Both the position numbers and the translations under genes were made by a program. Under the pieces are notes generated by a model, which had not been told where the DNA came from, did no database searches, and worked only from the letters and a program-made list of their open reading frames with translations. A stretch of DNA of 64,000 bases, from NCBI RefSeq assembly GCF_009914755.1, contig NC_060932.1. The stretch is one strand, 5' to 3'. This document shows, piece by piece, positions 17,033 to 29,513 of this stretch. Position 1 is the stretch's first letter; the number at the start of each line of letters is the position of its first letter. The DNA comes from the human T2T-CHM13v2.0 reference genome, Homo sapiens.

Positions 17033-19139
17033 TAAAAGACTTTTTTTTTCCTCCACTATAAAAACCAAGGGAAATACTGTGGAAGTAGATAAAAGCAAAT
17101 CGACTAAAGTTTAGACAATATTTTGAAAAACTAAAATTCTAGAAGGGTTCTAGAATTTTTGCTTTGGATTGCCTTATGGGTTGCTTTAACTTTTTTCTCC
17201 ATTAAAAAATAAAAAACTAGAAATCAAAGGCAATGTATGAGACTTATGAAAAAAAATTTAGTAAAGAACCCCAATCAGTGCATTCTTACTCAATGAAAAG
17301 GTCTTGGTTTTACAAACAGTAGCATCCATATCCCCCTATGTAAAATAAGATGAAGTAAAGATATATCTTTTTATGACTTTCTGTTTTAATTATTTTATTT
17401 GCTTAATCAGTTGGGTAAATTATGAGTCCTAGAATTTAAGAAAAGAGGGCTTCCACTGTACTTTGTACTCTCCTTCAGAGAAAAGCTAAAGAAACCGCTT
17501 CTTTTGCTAGGCTGAGGCTGACTGAATTCCGTGGGTGTTTCTACATCTGAATATCATTACAAAGACTACCCACTTGAGGAGATATGCTTGCTATTCAAAT
17601 CTACCATATCTTCTGGAAATTCTTGAGTTCTTACTCTATGAAATGAAGAAAATAACATAAACTAACATGCATGGGGCACAGGTTTCTTCTTGAATGCCAA
17701 CTCTGATTAGTTGCTAATTGCTACTTGAAGATCTGTGCTTAGATCCATCTGTAGCCCCTTTCACCTTAGAGTCAAATGCCTGGATCCGGTACTGTCACCC
17801 GCGGGAACAGACTAGGGTAGAAGGATAAAACTATGACAGCATTGTTCTCCTGAGCTACAGCCACATTTCTTTTAGTGTTTTCCAGATGTATAAATGAGCT
17901 TTTCCTATCTTTTTCTTTTTTACTTTTTCTTCTGTTGGGACACTCCCGTCAGTGACATCCCTCTGTATTGGTTAGTTATTTCATAGATTAGAAAGTTTGT
18001 GGGCTCTGCACAATTCATCCCTTTGGTTCCTATAGAAAAGAAATGTTTGTTAACTCATTTAAAATAAGGACTACTTCACGCAAATAAAAACCACTTCTGT
18101 CTACTTCTCTAAAAACTGAATAACCTATGTCTAGTCTTCATTAAAGAAAGCCAAAAAAGAAAGTTTATTCCAACATATTATCTTCACAATTAAGAGTATA
18201 CAGAATATGAGGGCAAGAGGACTATTCCAATGATCACTGTTTGATTTAGTGAATCTGGCTGCTAAATTGACTCTAAGCTATTTTCTTTACAGTTTGTCAC
18301 ATGGTTTAGAGTACTTTAAGAGGCCAGCCTTCCCGGGTGAAAAGTACAATAGTTTCTAAGACAGAGTATTCATAAGGTTTGTGGTGTTAAGAAATATTAC
18401 TTTTCTGCAATCTTTAACAAATGTGGAAAAGGACATTCTGAATTTATAATGTAAATGGGGCTGGAATTCTTTCTTGGAAAATAGAATCAATAAACATATT
18501 TTCAGAAGTAAAATATATTGATTGAGAACTATTGTCTAAATATTCCCCAAACCCTAGATGTTCCTTGTCAAATATACACACAGAAGATGTACTGTGCTAT
18601 ATAGATGAGGATTGATGATAGGAATATGTAGATCTACACGTTAGGGATAATTTTATTTCAGTTTAATGACATCAGAATTCAAAAGAAATGAAACATTATA
18701 CATGTAACAATTATTGAAATGCCTCCCATGTACTAGCAGCTGTACTGGTTCTGCCCTTGGGAAGTTTATTAGCATAGCTGGGACACAGGCCTATAAATAG
18801 ATAATTAAAGAGAATATTGTTAAAGGCCATATAAGGGTTACGCCTAGGGGGCTGTCAGGATATGTCATAACTCCCCACATTTCAAATTACAAAATTTGCT
18901 TTACTCCAAAATAAAGGTAGCTTTATTGTACATTTAAGAAAACTTGAAATTGTAAAGTGTTTATGTGAAATGTTAACTTACAGACTTGATTTACCAAATT
19001 TATAGCAGTAAAGTAAGTCCCATTTTTCAGAATATGAGGTATGTGATTTCAGCTCCTTAAATGGGATACCTCACATTATTATTACAGTTTAAAACCTATG
19101 AGATTTTCTTTTCTATTTTTAATCCTTCTCTTAATGATC

Positions 19140-19450
19140 TCATTTATTGTCTACTGGAAATCAATTTAGGAAATCATGTTAGTCCACTAAGCACTTCAGA
19201 TAAGGCTATTCCATGAAGCATTCCAAGATTATCACAAGGAATTGCTTTCATATGCCATAAAAGAAGAAATAAGCAGAATATGGCCTGCTGAAGAAGGTTA
19301 CAGTTTTACAGCCCCTCCCATTGCAGCTCTTAAGTCACTCAGTTACAGTTAACTTTGGATTAGCACTCACAGATTGAAAGCAAAACACATCAAAACACTC
19401 ATCACGCACTCTGGGCTTGTGGTGCCACTTGTATGTGTGTTTCTAAATCA
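19140..19450 (+). promoter_or_regulatory. CpG-poor proximal promoter/5'UTR of HNF4G exon 1
   Basis: Directly upstream of a first-type coding exon. Contains AAATCAAT (ONECUT-like, 19158), AGATAAG (GATA, 19198), TTATCA (GATA, 19229), GCCATAAA (CDX-like, 19254) and TTAACTTTGGATT (HNF4-like, 19349). Confidence 0.6.
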
Positions 19451-19568
19451 ATGATGAGGGTATCAGAACCAATACTGGACATGGACATGGCAAATTACAG
19501 TGAAGTTTTGGACCCAACTTACACAACTTTGGAGTTTGAAACTATGCAGATTCTATATAATTCAAGTG
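19451..19568 (+). CDS. HNF4G: HNF4G coding exon 1 (proximal first exon; A/B domain, AF-1-like)
   Basis: Translates MMRVSEPILDMDMANYSEVLDPTYTTLEFETMQILYNSS, clearly paralogous to the HNF4A exon 1A peptide (MRLSKTLVDMDMADYSAALDPAYTTLEFENVQVL). Ends at donor G|GTGAG, phase 1, and joins exon 2 in frame (G+AT=Asp). Confidence 0.93.
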
Positions 19569-20333
19569 GTGAGTTATCATCTGTTTATAGATGTAAAGAA
19601 AAGTAAGTATAATTGGAGAAGGTGGAAGACTGAGCTTCCAAAGGTGGTGGCTCAATGTTTTTTTTGCTGGAGAGTTTAGGGCTTGCTTTTAAGGCCACAG
19701 ATCTGAGCTTTTGCACTTCATTACAAAATTTAAGTTAATAATGCTGTGGCTATTTTGTGTTAGAGGTAGAAAAAGCCTGGTTTTGTGTAATAAAGTAATG
19801 TCAGAATTCTGTCATGGGCCAGTTAGACAGGTAAAAAGAGTAGTCTCAGCTGTTATTTTATTTGCTGTAAATCATAGTAATATGTCATATTGGCAGATTG
19901 GCTGTGAAAGTATATTTTCTAAGCAATATTTAAAATGACTTATGGAACAAAGTTTCCATAGAACATTAGGGAGTTTCACTGATTGTCTACCCTTTTCCTT
20001 ATAATTCCAGTTCTCAATTGCTAGTGATGAGAAACTACATTTAAAATTACTATCAGGTTTTTGCATTGAACGCAAATATGAAAGGGAATAAGGCTTGTAT
20101 TATAACCTCACCTGACAGGCTAATGTTTAGCCGCACAAAGCTGTTGGTATTTAATTACTGTAACATTTTAACTTTAAATAAGACATGAGTTTTTTAGGGG
20201 TAGTGTCTTTATGTAATACAGCTTACTATTGACTTTGAATTTAGACTTAATACCCGGTAAAAAAAATCTTGTTTAAAATATGTTATAACTGTTAGAACTC
20301 CTAAGATCGAGTAATTATGTATACTTTGGAAAA

Positions 20334-20334
20334 T

Positions 20335-20370
<36 letters not shown>
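20334..20370. repeat. (TG)n microsatellite, intron 1
   Basis: Direct reading. Confidence 0.95.
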
Positions 20371-20372
<2 letters not shown>

Positions 20373-21505
20373 AATGCAAGATTGAGAATATATCTTGTAC
20401 TGAGGATATCTTACTATTCTACTGTATTGTATAATTTGTATGACTGGTGTTCTGGTTCTATTTTTAATAAGCAGTTCCTTATTAGTGGGGATTTTAAAAA
20501 ATAGTCAAAAGGTGAATTCTGAAAATTTAGCACAACTATAGTTAAAATAAACCTGTAGTGCAACTTTCAGGAAATCACTGTTTTGTGTCCTTATGTTTAG
20601 ACTTGACTAGAGATATTTAATAGAGTATTTCATCAGAATCCTGAATTTAAAAAACACTCATGATTAAGAAATGGTAGGGACATATTTGCCATAATCATAA
20701 CACTTATTTACTATAAGTGTTTAACAAATGTACTGAAATAACGATTTTGTATGGCTATATCCAAAGTATGGTGTAACTTGTTTGTTTGTAATAATGTTGT
20801 CAGCAATATGTAAGTATGGCACTAAACTTGAAGCAAGAGTTGAATTTTTCATATTTCTATATAGTCTCTCAGAATACAATCAATTCCAAACAGTTCTAAC
20901 TTTCATATTGTCAATATCTGTTTTGTTAATGTTACCAGAAGAAAAATGTTTAGCATTTTAATCCTATGTCACATGACTAACCCTAAGCATATTCTCATTA
21001 AAATTTTTTTCTACTTCATGAAATTATATATGACAATATTTGTCTACTCAGAAATATTAGTAAGTAGAATATATGTAAGTTACAAAATATAATCAGGACA
21101 TGACAACCTTTAGTATTATCCTTTTGTTAGCTATACAATAATCAGTTGTTAATATACAATTTTATAATGAAGTTTTATTACATATATTTAATATCTTTTG
21201 AATGCATATAGATTTTTCAAGATGTAATCCACAATATTAACTCATTTAAGAAATATTCATTTTATTATAAATATCTACATTTAAAAAATAATTATTCCTT
21301 CAGAATTATGTATTAGATGACCCACTGTATCCTGGGCATAATCCTAAAAGCTGGAAAACAGAGGACTAAATAAGACAGATAAATTCTCTACCAACATGGG
21401 GCTTATATTCTGTGTGTAAAGATGGGTAATAAATGAGCAGACCAATGCAGAATATACTTTTCACTAATAAAGTTATATAAAAAACTAAGGCCATTTAAAA
21501 AGCTA

Positions 21506-21827
<322 letters not shown>

Positions 21828-22392
21828 CTAGGTTCTACTTGAAGGACAGATGGGAGGTGACATTTTTAAATGTGTGTTCAGAGAAGGTTTCACACAAAAT
21901 GTGAGACTTTAACAGAAACCTGGTAGCTAGCTCAAAGAAACGTTTAGGGAGGAACTTTCTTTCCAGACAGAAGGAACAGCAGGTGAACAAGTTCTGAGAT
22001 GAGAGTAGCCTTCAATGACGACGAAAAAAAAAAAAAAAAAAAAGACGGTATTGCTGGAGAATAGTGAACTGAATGAAAAGTGGTACCAGATACTGGGATC
22101 AGAGATTTCGGGGAGTTTTACGGGGGTTTGACATGCAGGGTTTACAGGCTGTGGGAAGATGCCTAGACATTATTCTGTATCTGGTTACGACAGGGTTGGA
22201 TGCAGAGGGTGACATGATATGAATTACTACAGCAATATCACTTAGGTGGCTTTGAGGTAACAAACAGTAGGGCAGCAAGAATGGAAGGAAAGAACTTAGA
22301 TAGCAGGCTGTTGCCATAATCTAGAGGAAAGATGATGGTTGATTGAATAAGGATGTCCATAGTGAAAAGTTGTGAATTAAATATGTATTTCA

Positions 22393-22722
22393 GGCCAGGC
22401 GCAGTGGCTCACGCCTATAATTTCAGCACTTTGGGATTATAGGTGGGCAGACCGCCTGCTGAGGTGGGCAGACCGCCTGAGGTCAGGGGTTCAAGAACAG
22501 CCTGGCCAACATGGTGAAACCCCGTCTCTACTAAAAATACAAAAATAAGCCTGGCATGGTGACACACGTCTGTAATCTCAGCTACTCAGGAGGCTGAGGC
22601 ATGGGAATCACTTGAACCTGGGAGGCAGAGGTTGCAGTGAGCCGAGATCGCACCACTACTCTCTAGCCTGAGCAACAGGGGGAACTCAGGCTCAAAAAAT
22701 TAAGTAAATAAATAAATAAAAA
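22393..22722 (+). mobile_element. AluS with internal rearrangement
   Basis: Sense Alu; AGGTGGGCAGACCGCCTG duplicated at 22441 and 22462. Confidence 0.93.
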
Positions 22723-23298
22723 GTATTGTAAACATGGACTTACCAAGGGATTGGTTATAAAAGATAAAGGAGAGAATACAATAAAGACTCACAGATTATT
22801 GGCCCTGGGAAACTGGATGGATCCATTGACTGATACAGGGGAGACTGAAGGAAGGAAGAACAAGTTCTAGGGGAAAAATGAAAGACTTTTGTTTTTGATA
22901 TGTTAATTTACAATTCTGATTAGATTTCACAATGAAGTTCTTCAATAGGTGCTTGGGCATTTCATGTTGATGCCCATGGGAGACATCGGGGCTAGAGATA
23001 AAATATTGGAATTATTCATCCTACAGCTAATATTTATTGTCATGGAACTGATAAACTTCCCTTGGGAAAGAGCATAGTTGGAGAACTAAGCCCTATGGTG
23101 TCCCAAAGTTAAATGTTCAGAAATAAGAAAGGAGAGCTTAGAACGGAAGCAGCCAGCCAGGGGTTAAAAGGAAAGCACCAGTGTGGGGTCTCCAAGAAGC
23201 CAATGAATGGAGTGTTATGAGCCTATAAATAATTAGTAGGACAATTTAGTCAGGAAATAGTACTAACTCTAACTGTAATCTTCCTTTTTTATTGACAG

Positions 23299-23467
23299 AT
23301 AGTTCTGCCCCAGAGACAAGTATGAATACCACAGACAACGGTGTCAACTGTCTGTGTGCTATCTGTGGGGACAGAGCAACAGGAAAACACTATGGGGCAT
23401 CCAGCTGTGATGGGTGCAAGGGTTTCTTCAGACGCAGCATTCGTAAGAGTCACGTTTATTCTTGCAG
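23299..23467 (+). CDS. HNF4G: HNF4G coding exon 2 (first C4 zinc finger, P-box CDGCKG)
   Basis: Acceptor ttgacAG|AT, donor AG|GTAC. Encodes [57 protein letters not shown]. The internal ATG at 23322 gives the shorter 408-aa form. Confidence 0.98.
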
Positions 23468-24726
23468 GTACTTTAAATGCCCTTTTAGGCAAGTTATCTT
23501 TACAGATGTTTCAGTTTGGCACGCAAAAAGTAAGAGAAGAAAATTCAGAGTTTTCGTATATCTGTAAGTCTATAAATACAATCTCTAAACTGCGGTACAA
23601 GTAAGAACGTGTGGGTATGTACACAGGATGTATTCACATAGGTGTTCTTTTTTATGAAACATTTTAGACTTACAGAAGGTATATAAAAAATCCACCTACC
23701 TACCACCCAGCTTAGACCAATATAGTTGAAGCCTTTAATGGACACCTCCTCTGTCACTTTTTCTCCCTCGTCTCCTAGAGGTAACTACCATTGCCATTTC
23801 ATGTTATCTTTTCCTTGTGTTTCTTTATTATTTTACCACATGTTCATATACCTCTAAACATTTTAAAATCTGCATTTAAAAGGTTTTTTAATAAGAGTAT
23901 TTTTCTTCATGTTTATTTTTTAAGTGCCATTACATCCTAGGTCTAAAAACAAAATTATGAAAGTGCAGATGATTTTGGTAGTTTGTTGATATCAATGAGT
24001 GAAATTTAATTTTCAGTCCTAAAATTTAGAATGTATTTCTCATGCCATATTTTTTGTCATTAAATTTAAATGTTTTGTCAGAAGCTTATTTAACTATATT
24101 ATATTTGTCACGCATTTCCAGTAGGCTGTTTTCTTGGGTTTTTTTTTTTTGATTAATACCTAGTCAACATCATAACACGATTTAAGTATACATATTGCAT
24201 CTTGATTCATCTGTATGACTGTCCTTGAATGCAGATTACATTTAGATTGAATATAGGCTATTAACAAAAATGGTTAAATTTAACATAAAAATAACTATGT
24301 TGGTTCTGTCAATAAAAGGTACGTGTAGAATTATGTTCTTTTAAGAACAGATTGGACATTTGGGAAGAGGTTAACTTTCTCAAAGTCTTGCCATGTGATT
24401 TCCTAGGGTGCAATACAAGTTAATATATAACTCCCCAAATATCTGTCTAGTTCTCTGGTAATTCTTTAGTAATTTTTCCAAGATAGTTTGAAGCAGGTTA
24501 AGAGAAATATAAATTGCCCACTTTAAAAACTTTCTAGGTAAACAAAAAAAAGTGTATTTAGATAAGTTTTGCCTTTATTTACATTAAAACTCTAAAGGTA
24601 AAAGGTAGATCAATGTCCTTCATTCCCTCATCAAAAATAGTTTTGTATGAATGTTTCTAAACTAAAACAAATACAGAATAACCTGTAAACCATACCTTCT
24701 GGAGTCAGGTGCTCTGTTAAAATTGA

Positions 24727-24727
<1 letters not shown>

Positions 24728-24760
<33 letters not shown>
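24728..24760. repeat. (TG)n microsatellite, intron 2
   Basis: Direct reading. Confidence 0.95.
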
Positions 24761-24765
<5 letters not shown>

Positions 24766-25864
24766 GATGATCCAAACAACTAAATCCTACAACTTGTGAG
24801 AATCAGAGAATCACAAAGGCTATGAGGACTTCTGTCCTTTCTTTATGGGAAGAGTGGAAAAGGGATGCTCTCAGAGCAGCTTTTAGAGGTTTAAAAAATA
24901 TTCTAACAACAGATAGAGTTTAACTCCTGCACCTTCCTATTAAGAATGCTACTGCCAACCTAGCTTTCTTTACATATTTTAGTATTCAGCAAATGTTATG
25001 ATTTTTCATTTGGAAAATGGTTAGTATATTGATGGAAGTTTAAGGGCATGGAGACTTTTTGAAGCTCAGGTTGTGCTGGTCTCAAATGTATCTATTTCCT
25101 TAGATTACAAAGTTCCATTTCTACTGTAACTGCTCCATCAAACTGAGGTTGGGATTTCCTTCAAAAGCACTTTTAATTGCTGTTTCAATACTTTTCATGT
25201 TATGTTTTTCACATTATGTACAATTTGTATGTGTACTCTATTAGATTATAATTTCCTTGAGTGGAGGAAACAAGTAGCATTAATCTGTTTAATCCCTACA
25301 CCAGGATCTTGTATGTTGTAGGTGCTTAATAATATGTGTATTCAATTTTTGTTATTAATTTAATGTTAATTGAATGCATTCTCCTTGTGTTTTTGTCAAT
25401 CTGGTCCTCTCTCCTGAGTCTCATCAGCCATTTGTTCCCAAATGGGCAATGCCTTGTTCTCACTCTGAAAGCACATTTCTCTTCCAGCTCAATTTGTTGA
25501 TGATAGGCTTTGCTTCTCATTCAATTTTAAGTGGACACCGATAGTTTTTAGAAGAAGTACATTTTATAGGTCACAAAATATATGTCTTTATTCTTATCAT
25601 TAATCATCAACTATAAATAAACAGGTACATATCAATATGTATGGATAATTTTTGCCAGAATTTTGAAGAAATGTTAGCGTTTACTGTATGCTTAATATTT
25701 GCCCCCAACTATTTGAAGTGCATTCACACAACAACCTTTTGTGCAAGTCCTTCTCTTTATTTTACAATTGTAAATTAATGTTACTTAACACCCCCAAGTT
25801 CTGCTGAGAGTCAATGGTGGAATCAAGCTTAGATTTAATTTCAGAGACTGTACTCTTTTTTATG

Positions 25865-26540
25865 TGTTTGTTTGTTTGTTTGGTTAAGTATACAAGTCAG
25901 TTTTTTAGTGTATCCACAGAGTGGTGCAACAATCACTACAGTCAAATTTGACCATTTTCATCACCTTATAAAGAAACCTTTAGTAGTTACTCCCCCATTT
26001 CCTCCCAACTCCCTCCCCAACAATATGAGGCAACTATGAATCTATTTTCTGTTTCTACAGATTTGCCTTTTCAGGACATTTTGTATAAACAAAATCATAC
26101 GATATATGATCTCTTGTGACTTACTTCTTTTGTTTAGAATAGAATAGGCTGCCAAGGTTTATCCCTGTTATAGCATTTATCAGTACTTCATTCTTATTTA
26201 CTGACAAATAATAAAATTCCACTGTGCAGTCATGCCACATTTTGTTTTTCTATTATCAGTTGATAGGCATTTGGATATATCTCCACTTTTGGGCTATGAT
26301 GAATAATGCTGCTGTGTACATTTATGAAGAAGTTTTTATGTGTACATATGTTTCATTTCTCTGCATACAGACCTAGCATGGCATCGCTGGGTTATACTAT
26401 AACTTTATGTTTAGCTTTTTAAGACAGTGCTAAACTGTCTTCCAAAGCAGCTGCATCATTTAACATTTTAACCAGCAGTGTATGAGGGCTCCAATTTTTC
26501 CACATCCTCACCAACATTTGTTTTTTCTTTATTTTGTTTA
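25865..26540 (-). mobile_element. L1M (L1MB-like) 3' fragment
   Basis: Antisense L1 3' end/ORF2 tail; the ORF 26468..26710 tail NVGEDVEKLEPSYTAG is an L1 ORF2 C-terminal motif. Confidence 0.8.
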
Positions 26541-27074
26541 CCTGTGTGTAAAGTCTTACCCCATGATGCCAACTGTACTCTCAATGTTGTCCTCAATGAC
26601 CTCTTAATAGATAATTTGCCATTTAGGGTAAACTTCAGTGGGCTGTGGGGTACACTTAAAATTAATAGAAGAATATTTGAAAAGAGAAAAGCATGAAAAT
26701 ACAGGGCCATGAAGTTCTGACAATAGCCTCCTTCATACTGAAATCATTTAGCAATAAGCAACAAAAACTTGAATGCCAAAGATATTCAAAACTAGGTTTG
26801 GCTTTCATGACTCATGATAAAAGTGGTTATGCACAGCAGCCAAAATGAAGATAGTCATTCAGTTTTATTTTACTATAAAGACTAAGTGAGAGGTGAGGCT
26901 CGCGTTTTCACGCACATGCTGATTGAGAGACTGGAAAGGTCATAGCTGATTGTTCCTATACCTTCTTTTTATCGAACCGAATTTGACAATACATATTTAA
27001 AATCCATTTGTCTGTTTATTTGCTTCTTTTGTAAATTATAGTTTTCTGCAAACTGATATATCTTTATGTTATAG

Positions 27075-27169
27075 GTTCAGTCGGCAATGTGTTGTTGACA
27101 AGGACAAAAGGAATCAATGTAGATATTGTCGATTAAGAAAGTGTTTTAGAGCGGGAATGAAAAAAGAAG
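27075..27169 (+). CDS. HNF4G: HNF4G coding exon 3 (second zinc finger)
   Basis: Acceptor atAG|G, donor G|GTAAT. Encodes [31 protein letters not shown]; 95 nt keeps the frame. Confidence 0.97.
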
Positions 27170-27477
27170 GTAATAATAATGATGATGATAATTAACATTA
27201 TTGATGAAAAGTGATAAACATACACACACATTCTCATTGATTAGTATAACTTTTTACATGAGTTCTAATTTTCCTCAATATAATAAGGAGGAATCTATGA
27301 TTCCTCAAGTTAAAGAATTTAGCCCAAGGACATCCAGTTATTGAGTGGTATAGCCAGTATTTATCTGGTGACTACCTGATTATGGATATCATTCTCTCCA
27401 CCATTACATTGTCCAAGGCAACAAAATTATTGACTAAATGGTATACCAATATTCTGTTAGTGGGTTGAAATTACAGA

Positions 27478-27770
27478 TTTTTTTTTTTTTTTTTGAGATG
27501 GAGTCTCGCTCTGTCAACCAGGCTGGAGTGCAGAGTGGCATGATCATGGCTCACTGCAACCTACCAGGTTCAAGCAATTCTCCTGCCTCAGCCTCTCCAG
27601 TAGCTGGGACTACAGGTGCGCATCATCACGCCTGGCTAATTTTTGTATTTTTAGTAGAACCAGAGTTTCACCATGTTAGCCAGGCTGGTCTTGAACTCCT
27701 GACCTCAAGTAATCCACCCCTCTCAGCCTCCCAAAGGGCTGGGATTACAGGCTTGAGCCACCACACCTGA
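27478..27770 (-). mobile_element. AluS
   Basis: Poly(T) plus antisense Alu in intron 3. Confidence 0.93.
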
Positions 27771-29024
27771 CACAAATGTATTTTTTGTTGTTGTTGTTCT
27801 CAATAACAACTGAATATCTTTTTTCTTTTGATGAACATTGAATGAACATCTACTTTTCATGCATTCATTTATTTACTAAATACTTGTTGAACACTGCAAT
27901 TTTCCAAACACTGTTCTAGGTGCTAAAGCTTCAATAGTGAACATAGCAGACAAAATAATCTTCCCTTTCAGGAAGCTTGTATTATATCGAGGGACCGAGA
28001 CAAGAGACTAGATGTGCTATTTTAGTGTGTACTAATTTCATCTTGAATATATTAAGTAATCTGATTATATTCTCCTACATTTTAAATATGATTAATTTAG
28101 AAACAAATGTATTGAACACATTGTAAACATGTGACAGTGTGTAACAGCTACAAAATTTTATACTTGTCAGTTTTGCTGTTTGGTCATGCCTATCATATAC
28201 AAAGAGATGTTTTTCACAACTATTTCACAAACTAAAATAATCAAATGAAACCACTATACTAAAGAAGTGTAAAATATATGAAGCCCATCTTTAACATAGT
28301 TAGATTTTTCTTTGCCATTCAATATTTTAAGGATACAGAAATACCATTAGTTTTGCTCAGGTTGGTAGTGTCGAAGACAACAAAAAATAAAGTTCACAAA
28401 ATTAAAGGAGAAGCACTTTCTCATTTAAAAAGTGATTTATTTCTAATTTCATAGGAAGCTCTATTTGGCAGTTTATGGAACTAATTACACACTTGGTCAA
28501 TTGCCTTCCTCCATTTTTACTTGAACTCCATGTTTATCCCCACAAAAGTGTAAGCAAATAACAATCCTATGTTTCCTTTATGAGTTTTACAATTTGTGAA
28601 ATACAATTATGTTTTAAAATAGGTAAATTTTATCTTTTGTTCATAAAAGAATGTGTTATTTTCTTAAATAAACTGGAAAGTAATTTCAAGTTTTAAAGTT
28701 GATATATTTCTCTTTTTTACACTAACAGCATAGTAGCAAGATTAATTAGATGGAAACAAATAGAAGCATAGTTTTATGTCAAAAATGATAGCACTGAGAT
28801 TATAAATGTTTACAATATCTTTTAGCATTTTTCTAAAGAATAATCATGTAAGTGAAATTCATAAACGCTTAGCTAACATCTTAATTTTTTATCTCTGCAT
28901 ATGCATTTCCAAATAAGTCAGTTTAGGTTAAAAATCAATAACAATTTCTGTAAAACAAAAAGAGCAAGCTACCAGTAAGTATGATTTTAAAATAAAATAT
29001 TACTGATTCACTCCAACTTACAAA

Positions 29025-29513
29025 AACTCACTCTTTCTTTTTTTTTTTTTTCACAAAGAAGTTTCTCAGAATGCTTCTGGGTAGTTGTTTTTTTTTAATT
29101 ATTATTATTATTATACTTTAAGTTTTAGGGTACATGTGCACAACATGCAGGCTAGTTACATATGTATACATGTGCCATGCTGGTGTGCTGCACCCATTAA
29201 CTCATCATTTAGCATTAGGTATATCTCCTAATGCTATCCCTCCCCTCTCCCCCTACCCCACAACAGTCCCCAGAGTGTGATGTTCCCCTTCCTATGTCCA
29301 TGTGTTCTCATTGTTCAATTCCCATCTATGAGTGAGAACATGTGATGTTTGGTTTTTTGTCCTTGTGATAGTTTACTGAGAATGATGATTTCCAATTTCA
29401 TCCATGTCCCTACAAAGGACATGAACTCATCATTTTTTATGGCTGCATAGTATTCCATGGTGTATATGTGCCACATTTACTATGACAAACCCACAGACAA
29501 CTCACTCTTTCTT
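29025..29513 (-). mobile_element. 5'-truncated L1PA (L1PA3-like) with 3' transduction and micro-inversion, TSD-bounded
   Basis: TSD AACTCACTCTTTCTT at 29025-29039 and 29499-29513. Antisense L1PA 3' end at ~29097-29478 (GAG rather than ACA at the Ta-diagnostic site; CCAGCATGG, GTAACTA). Confidence 0.92.
29052..29087 (-). repeat. 36-bp alpha-satellite fragment
   Basis: CACAAAGAAGTTTCTCAGAATGCTTCTGGGTAGTTG. Its reverse complement AACTACCCAGAAGCATTCTGAGAAACTTCTTTGTG closely matches the alphoid monomer core (AACTA(G/C)ACAGAAGCATTCT(C/G)AGAAACTTCTTTGTG). Confidence 0.85.

Noticed and set aside
19341-19354. AGTTACAGTTAACT as an HNF1 site
   Set aside because: Half-site spacing is one base short of GTTAATNATTAAC; the overlapping HNF4-like reading fits better.
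23289-23604. Antisense and alternative-frame ORFs over exon 2
   Set aside because: Short shadows of the GC-richer coding exon, with no independent support.
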